Of a stretch of DNA of 16,387 nucleotides, positions 8,615 to 15,157 are shown one piece after another; position 1 is the first letter of the stretch, and every line of letters begins with the position of its first letter. The stretch lies in the IMG/VR virus record IMGVR_UViG_2711768071_000023; one strand, written 5' to 3'. Under the pieces are notes generated by a model. The model was not told the DNA's origin. It made no database searches and was given only the letters and a program-made list of their open reading frames with translations. The position numbers and the translations under genes are program-made. The stretch is from a virus (taxonomy: Duplodnaviria > Heunggongvirae > Uroviricota > Caudoviricetes).

Positions 8615-8644
8615 CTGAAAAAAGGCCCGGAAAAAATCCGGGCC
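8615..8644 (-). terminator. Intrinsic terminator after the replication/accessory operon
   Basis: Perfect 8-bp stem GGCCCGGA / TCCGGGCC (8624-8631, 8637-8644) with a 5-nt loop, followed on the minus strand by TTTTTTC. Lies 10 bp past the stop of the 8654-8902 ORF. Confidence 0.7.
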
Positions 8645-8653
8645 TTTATCGCT

Positions 8654-8902
8654 TTATTGTTTCACTGGCTCCCGCATTCTGCGTCTTATTTTCCACAAAT
8701 ATTCGATCATCGCTTCCACCTGCTCACGGTTGGTTGCGAAAATTTCCCCGGTCAGTGAGCTACGCAGAAAATCATGATGATCCACAAAAAATAACGCATC
8801 GGAAGAAAGCAACCGACGATATTTTTTTGCTGTCGTGGTTTCCAGATCATCAAAACCATGAAGCTTTTTATGTTGCTGAACTTCTTCAAATGTCACTGGC
8901 AT
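8654..8902 (-). CDS. Hypothetical protein (82 aa)
   Basis: ATG at 8902 with strong SD AAGGGGGAT. Overlaps the stop of the ProQ/FinO-like gene by 10 nt. No family recognised. Confidence 0.5.
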   Translation of the reverse strand: MPVTFEEVQQHKKLHGFDDLETTTAKKYRRLLSSDALFFVDHHDFLRSSLTGEIFATNREQVEAMIEYLWKIRRRMREPVKQ

Positions 8903-9423
8903 GTATCCCCCTTTGCTGCCCGGCGCTGGCGCTTGTGCTTCTCATTCAGCACCATCAGCCGTGTTTCTGCCTCCTGCTGTTCCTGTGGTGTCACTTCCCC
9001 ACATGGCTGGCCTTTCAGATCGTAACGTGCGCCACCAGCTATCAGGGCGCGGTAATAGCGCGGAGACTGCGCATAGGATGCCAGCGTCGCACGTAATACC
9101 CCCGGCCCGAATGCCAGCCCCCTGACGGCGATATCCTGCATCAGGTCGTCGAATATCCCCACCTTAAGCGGCTTCGGTGCTTTATGGCTGAATAAGTCAG
9201 GCCACATCTCAGTGAGGCGGTTAACGCGTCGGCGGTTTTTGCGCTGCCTTTTGGTCATATGCTGCCACGGTGTCGCCCCTGTGGGCTTCTGCTGTGCGTT
9301 CTGATTGCCGGGTATCACTTTATGCGCCGATGTGGTTTTATCCTGCTCTTGCGCCGCCTGCGTCGTTTTCTGCGGCGTGCCGTAAATGCCTTTCGGCTTC
9401 CGGTTAATGGTCAGCGTTGTCAT
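8893..9423 (-). CDS. ProQ/FinO-domain RNA-binding protein (176 aa)
   Basis: C-terminal two-thirds aligns by eye with the ProQ N-terminal FinO-like domain (PLKVGIFDDL ... LRATLASYAQSPRYYRALIAGGARYDLKGQPCGEVT vs ProQ PLKIGIFQDL ... [35 protein letters not shown]). SD GGGGAAGG precedes the ATG at 9423. Confidence 0.8.
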   Translation of the reverse strand: MTTLTINRKPKGIYGTPQKTTQAAQEQDKTTSAHKVIPGNQNAQQKPTGATPWQHMTKRQRKNRRRVNRLTEMWPDLFSHKAPKPLKVGIFDDLMQDIAVRGLAFGPGVLRATLASYAQSPRYYRALIAGGARYDLKGQPCGEVTPQEQQEAETRLMVLNEKHKRQRRAAKGDTCQ

Positions 9424-9459
9424 GCCTTCCCCTGTAATTACTCTGTTCGCTGTTGTGAA

Positions 9460-9885
9460 TTAAAACGGTATGTTATCCCCGTACGGGTCATCGTGCTGGC
9501 TTGTCTGTTGTTTTGCCCTGTTCAGTGCGTCAGTGGCCTGGCCCTGTTGACCTTTTTTGCCGCCCGGTCGCGCCGTTCGCGCACTGATTACGCTGTCTGC
9601 AATAACCTGCCAGCCCTGCCGCGTTTCCCCGTTCTGGCCTGTCCACTGGCTCACCTGCATGTTACCCGCCACGCTCACCAGTTCGCCTTTGTGGTGTTTT
9701 GCCAGTGCGTCGGCCTGTCTGCCAAACGCCAGGACAGATAACCACATCGTCGCCGTTCCGTCATCTGCCTGGCTGCACGGCAGGGGAACCGCCATACTCG
9801 CCATCGCCATTTGTGTCCCTTTGCTGGTGGTCTTTAACTGCGGGTCAGCCACCAGCCGCCCGTAAGCCGCTATCTGTGCTGTCAT
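9460..9885 (-). CDS. ssb: Single-stranded DNA-binding protein (141 aa)
   Basis: OB-fold pattern comparable to bacterial SSB (GRLVADPQLK..., WLSVLAFGRQADALAKHHKGELVSVAGNMQVSQWTGQNGETR) and an acidic C-terminal tip ...DDPYGDNIPF resembling the SSB DDDIPF tail. ATGA overlap with the upstream ORF. Confidence 0.75.
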   Translation of the reverse strand: MTAQIAAYGRLVADPQLKTTSKGTQMAMASMAVPLPCSQADDGTATMWLSVLAFGRQADALAKHHKGELVSVAGNMQVSQWTGQNGETRQGWQVIADSVISARTARPGGKKGQQGQATDALNRAKQQTSQHDDPYGDNIPF

Positions 9886-10127
9886 GCTGTCTGCTCTCCG
9901 GTTTTAACGTTGATGGTTGTCACCTGTTCCGCTTCGGCAATCTCCCGTTCTGTCAGCGTGGCAAAGTTTGCTGCCGCCGTGGTCATGAATGCGCTTATCA
10001 GTTCGGGATGTGCTTTTGCGTACCCTTCTCCCGCGTTGCGGTCGATGATTTTTATCGCCACCCTCAGCCAGTGTTCTGTCAAATCAAGGGCGTGAGATTG
10101 TGGTTTTTTTGCGTGCTTCGTTGTCAC
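9882..10127 (-). CDS. Hypothetical protein (81 aa), GTG start
   Basis: Track ORF starts at a GTG (10127) preceded by SD GAGGT. Translationally coupled to ssb. No family recognised. Confidence 0.45.
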   Translation of the reverse strand: MTTKHAKKPQSHALDLTEHWLRVAIKIIDRNAGEGYAKAHPELISAFMTTAAANFATLTEREIAEAEQVTTINVKTGEQTA

Positions 10128-10178
10128 AGGCTTTACCTCACAGCAATAAAATAAAATTTTTGCATTTTAACCCTTCAC

Positions 10179-10401
10179 CTGTTCACCTTTTGAGATTTTC
10201 CCTTTTTATTCATAATGTTAAGGGGTGAACAGTTTCACAAAAACTATTCACCAACTGTTCACCACTGTTCACCCTTAAAGCTCAATAAATAATCAAAAAG
10301 GTGAACAGTGAATAGTTTGGTGAACAGTTCACAAATAACTGTTCACCCTATAATGTACTGATATAAAAGATATTTATAACAGGGTGAACAGTGGTGAACA
10401 G
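10179..10401. repeat. Iteron cluster, candidate replication origin
   Basis: Nine perfect copies of GGTGAACAG in both orientations (GGTGAACAG at 10224, 10300, 10319, 10383, 10393; CTGTTCACC at 10179, 10255, 10265, 10339) plus degenerate copies, several pairs at 10-bp phasing. An AT-rich stretch (10350-10380) is embedded. Lies immediately 3' of the primase-helicase gene. Confidence 0.75.
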
Positions 10402-10414
10402 TTATTCCATAAGT

Positions 10415-12229
10415 TTAATTTTTGCTGTCGTCATTTGTGACCGATGCACATGATGGCATACAGTCTTCTGAATCCTCTGTCAGTGTCACATTTGAACGCA
10501 AACCGTGCTTCGTTTTCCGTTTTATATACTCCCTGCCATATTCCGCCATTGCCCCCGGCATATCTTTACCGAAGCGCGTCAGTGTTACAGGTTTACCGAA
10601 TCCGTGTGCCCTCATATATGCCAGATAGGCGTGATAAAGATACCTGCGCGGACTGAACGGAATAATTTCGGCATTACCCACTAACAGACCATCACACATT
10701 ACCGACGACATGAGATAGCCACAGAAGTCCACCAGCGAATCGCCCTCGCGTTTTATCACCAGAGCTTCTTCTGATTTCTGCTGCTCATACAGCAGGCGTT
10801 TAGCTTCGTCCTGGTCAGAAAAACGAGTAAGCAGATGGCGAATCACAACCGCCAGCTCTCCTTCTATTTTTTCTGCCAGCATGGGGTCGCGCTCGTTCTC
10901 CGGTACAACCTCCGAAAAATTGAATATCACCCGACGACGTGAGATCCCCCCGCTGCGGTCACTGAATGACATGGCGTTATTGTTCACCGCCAGCACGACC
11001 GCCTGAATGCGTGTTGAGTAGGGGGCTTTATGCTTCGGGTCGATTGCCACCTTGTCACCGCCTGTAATGGCCTTAATTCCTGCGCCATCACCAGCGTAGC
11101 GGGTCATATCCGGCATGATAATCAGCGAAAAGCCAACCACTAACGCGCGTTCCCTTGCATCTTCCAGCGCCTTCATGCTTGCCGATACTGTGTTGGCCTT
11201 ACCCGCCAGCATAGTGCAAATCTCCGCCATCACGCTTTTACCACTTCCCCCTGGACCTGTTACCTCAATGAATAACTGCCAGTCGTACCGGTTCGCCAGC
11301 ACCATGAATAATGCAGCCAGCACGCGATCCGTCTTGCGGTCATTCTCTGCCACCGAGCAGCGTAACCACTTCCAGAAATTCGGCGCATGTGTTGCCAGCG
11401 TTTCCCCCTCTGCTGGTGGGCTGAAAGGTAATTCACTGGCAATTAACAACCAGTCGTTTTTGTTATGCTCCCGAAAATTACCTGTTCTGGTATCAAATAC
11501 CCCGTTACTGAATCCAATCAGGTTACGGGCTGTATTCCCCATTACAGGCAAACTTAACTTCATGGTATCGACCGCCGATTTAATGGCGTTCTGCGAATAG
11601 CTGATCTCCGCATCAATGAAAATCTGCGCCATAGCACGCTGTAACTCTTTATCCTGAATCGGCTCCCATACAACGCCGTTGTAATGGTGAACAGTGTCAG
11701 AGTCGGCATGAATCGCCAGTTCACCGCCATAATGTGCCAGGAGAACTTCGCCGCGCTGGCTTGCTCCCATCTGGTTAAGCGCCAGTGGTGCGGCGCTGTC
11801 TTCTGTTTTTTTCTTAACAGGAAGCTGAATCACCAGACCATCAGAAAGATTCTGGCGCTCACGGGCCAGATATTCGCGCCAGTTCTGCACCTCCTGACCG
11901 TGCATACCCTCAGGATAAAAATTTGCATCCTGTACGCCTGCCGCCGCCAGCTTCTGACCAATCGCCTTTATCATTACTGGCGCAAGATATCCGGCCCTGA
12001 ATATGCGCACGGATTTTCTGCCTTCCGGCACAATTTGCAGCTTATCCAGTTCGGATAACTGCTGCTCCCCAAGCCACACAGGAGGCTCATTATCTCCGGC
12101 CATACGCGCGTCATGTTCCTGCCATTGTTTTGCGTGTGACCAGGCATCACTACCCGCAAAAATAATGACTTCTGTTTCTTTGTGTTTTATGCCGCGTGAC
12201 TGCTGTTTTACGTTCGGTGCCAGTTTCAT
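10415..12229 (-). CDS. Replication initiator primase-helicase, P4-alpha/D5-like (604 aa)
   Basis: Walker A motif GPGGSGKS and downstream helicase-like region in the C-terminal half. Strong SD AGGGGGT. Position next to the iteron origin matches a pri-rep gene. Confidence 0.85.
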   Translation of the reverse strand: MKLAPNVKQQSRGIKHKETEVIIFAGSDAWSHAKQWQEHDARMAGDNEPPVWLGEQQLSELDKLQIVPEGRKSVRIFRAGYLAPVMIKAIGQKLAAAGVQDANFYPEGMHGQEVQNWREYLARERQNLSDGLVIQLPVKKKTEDSAAPLALNQMGASQRGEVLLAHYGGELAIHADSDTVHHYNGVVWEPIQDKELQRAMAQIFIDAEISYSQNAIKSAVDTMKLSLPVMGNTARNLIGFSNGVFDTRTGNFREHNKNDWLLIASELPFSPPAEGETLATHAPNFWKWLRCSVAENDRKTDRVLAALFMVLANRYDWQLFIEVTGPGGSGKSVMAEICTMLAGKANTVSASMKALEDARERALVVGFSLIIMPDMTRYAGDGAGIKAITGGDKVAIDPKHKAPYSTRIQAVVLAVNNNAMSFSDRSGGISRRRVIFNFSEVVPENERDPMLAEKIEGELAVVIRHLLTRFSDQDEAKRLLYEQQKSEEALVIKREGDSLVDFCGYLMSSVMCDGLLVGNAEIIPFSPRRYLYHAYLAYMRAHGFGKPVTLTRFGKDMPGAMAEYGREYIKRKTKHGLRSNVTLTEDSEDCMPSCASVTNDDSKN

Positions 12230-12513
12230 TTTTTACCCCCTGCGACCAGCATTTCACGAATTTTGCGGATATGACTTGCTGCACGTTTCTGATTTACGGC
12301 TTTACGATGGCCCACCAGCGTGAAATCACGCCGGAACTGATAAACAGGCATCACGCAGTCATATTCGTAGCCATCACGGCGGTAAGTGATGCGCCGTTCT
12401 GCCACGCCTTTTATCGTTACCGTGCCGCCATAGTTATCCCGGAAAATATCGCCGGGGCGGATTTCAGGCCGAGCGGGGCCGCTGGCAGTAAAGCCAGAAT
12501 TTTTCTTTTTCAT
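12226..12513 (-). CDS. Hypothetical protein (95 aa)
   Basis: ATG at 12513. Stop overlaps the primase start as ATGA. No family recognised. Confidence 0.5.
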   Translation of the reverse strand: MKKKNSGFTASGPARPEIRPGDIFRDNYGGTVTIKGVAERRITYRRDGYEYDCVMPVYQFRRDFTLVGHRKAVNQKRAASHIRKIREMLVAGGKK

Positions 12514-12519
12514 GTTTTT

Positions 12520-12738
12520 TTACTCCAGAGGCAGCTTTTTAGCGGCGAGCTCAATATCAGATGTCAGAGAAACCTGTGTATTTGCCAGGTCTAACAACAA
12601 AGAAATAAGAATTTCTTCTCTGCTATCGGATTTATCGGTGCTAAGGCTGTTCATCCACATATTGACGACTTCCCTGATTTTTTTCGCAGAGTGCAGGGCT
12701 TCAAATGCCAGGTCTTCAATATCATGTTTATTTCGCAT
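12520..12738 (-). CDS. Hypothetical small acidic protein (72 aa)
   Basis: Internal ATG at 12738 with SD GGGGG. Overlaps the upstream gene stop by 11 nt. Confidence 0.45.
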   Translation of the reverse strand: MRNKHDIEDLAFEALHSAKKIREVVNMWMNSLSTDKSDSREEILISLLLDLANTQVSLTSDIELAAKKLPLE

Positions 12739-12940
12739 AATCGCCCCCGCGTAGCTGGTCTGCACTAACACCCGATTTAGTGAGCATTTCAGAAAATCCC
12801 GCAAGAGTGCTGATAAATTCGTTTTCCATTAAACGGCACTGACATTTAACCCGGCCTTTTTCCAGATACACCAGTACGCGCCCCGTATAATCTGACGGCA
12901 CATTCAGCACTACAGGTAAGTGCGATTCATGATTATGCAT
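12728..12940 (-). CDS. Small protein, paralog B of a tandem pair (70 aa)
   Basis: SD AGGGGGTGA. Shares a motif with the adjacent 69-aa protein (TGRVLVYLEKGRVKC vs TGQLLVNVDKGRVVC). Confidence 0.55.
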   Translation of the reverse strand: MHNHESHLPVVLNVPSDYTGRVLVYLEKGRVKCQCRLMENEFISTLAGFSEMLTKSGVSADQLRGGDYAK

Positions 12941-13142
12941 GTCTCACCCCCTGAATATTCGCATTAATCATTCCGGCACGTTCTGCGAGTTCCTGTAATG
13001 ATTCCCTTGTTGCGACAATGGCTTCATCTGGCAGGTGGTAATTACACACCACGCGACCTTTATCCACATTGACCAGTAGCTGCCCGGTAAATTTCTCACG
13101 AAACTGAACGCGGTTAAGGTCGGTAAGTGACAGGTTAATCAT
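12933..13142 (-). CDS. Small protein, paralog A of a tandem pair (69 aa)
   Basis: SD AGGGGG. Paralogous to 12728-12940. 8-nt overlaps on both sides. Confidence 0.55.
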   Translation of the reverse strand: MINLSLTDLNRVQFREKFTGQLLVNVDKGRVVCNYHLPDEAIVATRESLQELAERAGMINANIQGVRHA

Positions 13143-13338
13143 GGTGTTCCCCCTGGCGAATACGGGCAGCGAATACCATCACGCAGCCATCAGGAGATTG
13201 CTGACGCGCTTCCTGTTCGCTGGTGGCCTCAATGGTAATCACGCGCGGTTGTGCCGTGCTCAGGGCGATAAAACGCCAGATGTATTTATTCAGGTTGTGC
13301 GAGTCCCGCCCTTGCGGGTGTGTGGTATGATTTCTCAT
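13135..13338 (-). CDS. Icd-like small protein (67 aa), first gene of the leftward early operon
   Basis: In-frame ATG at 13338 with SD GAGGT inside the 473-codon track ORF. Translation MRNHTTHPQGR...VITIEATSEQEARQQSPDGCVMVFAARIRQ resembles the Icd-like proteins of P4-type prophages as I recall them. Family assignment is from memory only. Confidence 0.5.
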   Translation of the reverse strand: MRNHTTHPQGRDSHNLNKYIWRFIALSTAQPRVITIEATSEQEARQQSPDGCVMVFAARIRQGEHHD

Positions 13339-13446
13339 AGCTACCTCGATACTCTCGTTATCGTTGGTGGTTAGAAGCCCCGTTACTGCTCCAACAGTGC
13401 GGGGCTTCGTCGTTTCAATTGCTGAATTGCATGTATCAGCACTTGT

Positions 13447-13500
13447 GGTATTCACATTACATTTAGGTGAATACCATTTCAAGTCTTTTTTGGTATTCAC
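13447..13500. promoter_or_regulatory. Operator-like repeats in the divergent control region
   Basis: Perfect inverted repeat GGTATTCAC-N11-GTGAATACC (13447-13475) plus a third direct copy TGGTATTCAC (13491-13500). Lies between the minus-strand Icd-like start (13338) and the plus-strand regulator start (13544). Confidence 0.5.
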
Positions 13501-13543
13501 TTTTGTATTACACTGCATCCCGTTATTAATGGGAGGTGCAAAC

Positions 13544-13849
13544 ATGTCCAGGAGTTCTGTTAACAATAAGTCACAGCAACTGAATGCCAGATTTCCACAT
13601 GAAGTAGTGAGTGGCATTGAGGCATCCCTACAGCCAGGGGAAACTAAAGCGAATTTTATAGTTACGGCTGTACGCGGTGAGATCGCCCGGCGCCAGGCAG
13701 AAGGAAGTGGAGAAAATCCCCTGGTTTCTTCGCTCGATGCACTGGCGCAGGTGGAAAAACTCGGAATCAAAGCCGCCGAGGAGATCGGGCAGCTCGTCAC
13801 TGTCGCACGTGAAGAACTCCAGCGCCGCAAGACCAAAGAACCAGAGTAA
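13544..13849 (+). CDS. Ribbon-helix-helix (Arc/MetJ-type) DNA-binding protein, candidate island repressor (101 aa)
   Basis: ATG at 13544 preceded by GGGAGGTG at 5-nt spacing. N-terminus QQLNARFPHEVVSGIEAS...ANFIVTAVRGEIARRQ fits the RHH beta-strand plus two-helix pattern. One of only two credible plus-strand genes inside the element. Confidence 0.6.
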   Translation: MSRSSVNNKSQQLNARFPHEVVSGIEASLQPGETKANFIVTAVRGEIARRQAEGSGENPLVSSLDALAQVEKLGIKAAEEIGQLVTVAREELQRRKTKEPE

Positions 13850-13906
13850 TCACCATCAGCGCCGTGGTGTAAGGTATTACGGCGCATTGCTATGCAGGAC
13901 AACACA

Positions 13907-14080
13907 ATGACCGATAAAGAATTGACCAAAACATTATCACCGGCACGGAAAAGACGGCGCAGAAAGATAGAGCATGAATCAGAAAGATTCGCGCCATGTG
14001 CTTTTGCCCTTGAGCAATTCCTTAAAGAGTACAGGGAAAAGCGCTCATTGCAGGTATGGCAACGAACTGAACCAGACTGA
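13907..14080 (+). CDS. Possible small basic protein (57 aa)
   Basis: ATG at 13907 (MTDKELTK...) in the same transcriptional direction as the RHH gene. Weak SD. No family recognised. Confidence 0.3.
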   Translation: MTDKELTKTLSPARKRRRRKIEHESERFAPCAFALEQFLKEYREKRSLQVWQRTEPD

Positions 14081-14256
14081 TTGCATTGCCCACCAGCCGC
14101 AAATGTGGCATTGTTGGCAATGCTCATGCGTTGGGGATAACGTGTAGCTTGTGTCGAGGGGCCACCGTAGCGGGTGGCCTTTGTTTTGCCCGTTATTCGG
14201 CAATTGTGGCGCTTCTCCACATGGTTGATATAATCCCACTGCTCAGATTCATTTTT

Positions 14257-14556
14257 TGCGCAGTAGGTTAATTGTTCACAAAGGCGCTCCGGCAACGGGG
14301 CGCTTTTTGTTTTTATTAGTTTGTAGAAACCTGACTCAGAGATAATGCTCATATTCTGATTGCCGTCAGGGGTGTAAGTTAAATTTACTCCCTTTTTATC
14401 ATCAAACATCTGCAACGCTCTGGCGTTAACAATATTGGTTTCACTCCCGCCAGTAAGGCCGGAAATAACCGGAATAATTTCGGCAAAATTTTGCAGATTC
14501 TGTTTTTCAGGACGAACGAAGCCCCGCCCTTGTTCGGGAGAATATCCAGTATTCAT
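14257..14556 (-). other. Possible coding segment: N-terminal ~100 codons of the 473-codon ORF, 3' end unresolved
   Basis: ATG at 14556, 52 bp downstream of alpA. Residues ~60-90 (TPDGNQNMSIISESGFYKLIKTKSAP) resemble the core of Bro-N-type domains. The frame has no stop until 13135 and runs antisense through the RHH gene and the 14284-14314 terminator. Confidence 0.3.
14284..14314 (+). terminator. Intrinsic terminator on the plus strand
   Basis: Stem GCGCTCCG / CGGGGCGC (14284-14291, 14296-14303; 7 Watson-Crick pairs plus 1 GU) with GCAA tetraloop, followed by TTTTTGTTTTT (14304-14314). Confidence 0.6.
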
Positions 14557-14608
14557 GGTTAGATCTCTGTATTAGTGGATGGGTGGCGGCTGTGTGCCGC
14601 CAGCCTGA

Positions 14609-14797
14609 TTAGTGAACTGCCTCGCAGCTGTCCTTCCATGCCAGAACTTCGGATAAAGACCAGCCAACGGAACGACCGCCCAGCTTACGCCGTGATGGGA
14701 ATTGTCCGGCTTTTTCCAGGCGGTACCGACATGAGCGGCTCAGGCCTGTAAGTTGCTGACATTCTTTTTCACGTATAAAGCGATCTGTGCTTAACAC
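14609..14797 (-). CDS. alpA: AlpA-family transcriptional regulator (62 aa), GTG start
   Basis: Translation MLSTDRFIREKECQQLTGLSRSCRYRLEKAGQFPSRRKLGGRSVGWSLSEVLAWK matches the AlpA family HTH pattern. GTG start at 14797 preceded by AAGGGGGAA. Confidence 0.8.
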   Translation of the reverse strand: MLSTDRFIREKECQQLTGLSRSCRYRLEKAGQFPSRRKLGGRSVGWSLSEVLAWKDSCEAVH

Positions 14798-15070
14798 AAT
14801 TCCCCCTTTGTTGTTTCTTAAAGAGTCATTGGGTGGATTATTGGGTTGTGTCGGATTGTGTCAGGGTGTTTGTGGAATGGCAAACACTGGCGGCGGTCGT
14901 TTTACAGAAGCAGGGGGAATGAGAATAAAAACTCTTTTAATTCATTATGATGCAAAGGCATAAAATTTTACTTTTACGCCTTTTTTACATATTTTTAAGA
15001 GTGATTCGCCAGTGTATAAAAAAACAGTACACCTATAAAAATCAAATGGTTATTACGATGGCTGATTTTT

Positions 15071-15130
15071 AACCCGTTGTTCCATTTTGTTCCTTGTTGT
15101 TCGTCGTTGTGTCTCGTTGTTTCACGTTGT
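15071..15130. repeat. Six direct GTTGT repeats at exact 10-bp phasing between int and alpA
   Basis: Consecutive 10-mers aacccGTTGT tccatTTTGT tccttGTTGT tcgtcGTTGT gtctcGTTGT ttcacGTTGT. The same motif family recurs at 14846-14862, 8575-8600 and 1585-1600. Confidence 0.65.
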
Positions 15131-15157
15131 CCGCATCCTGAAAAATCGCAAAAAAAA

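Noticed and set aside
10179-10401. Repeat cluster considered as a CRISPR array
   Set aside because: Repeat unit is only 9 bp, occurs in both orientations with irregular and very short spacing, and no cas genes are present. It fits iterons, not CRISPR repeats and spacers.
4674-12229. HNH nuclease plus Walker-A ATPase as a possible anti-phage defence pair
   Set aside because: The two genes are 5 kb apart in different modules. The HNH sits in the canonical packaging position next to terS, and the ATPase is the replication initiator next to its iteron origin.
9259-12594. Plus-strand track ORFs across the ProQ, SSB and primase region (9259-9741, 9557-9865, 9699-10154, 11115-11600, 11684-12058, 12003-12323, 12196-12594)
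   Set aside because: Antisense to coupled minus-strand genes; Cys/Leu/Arg-rich translations with no ribosome-binding sites.
13141-13374. 77-aa plus-strand ORF overlapping the Icd-like gene
   Set aside because: Antisense to a gene with SD, ATG and family resemblance; no upstream SD of its own.
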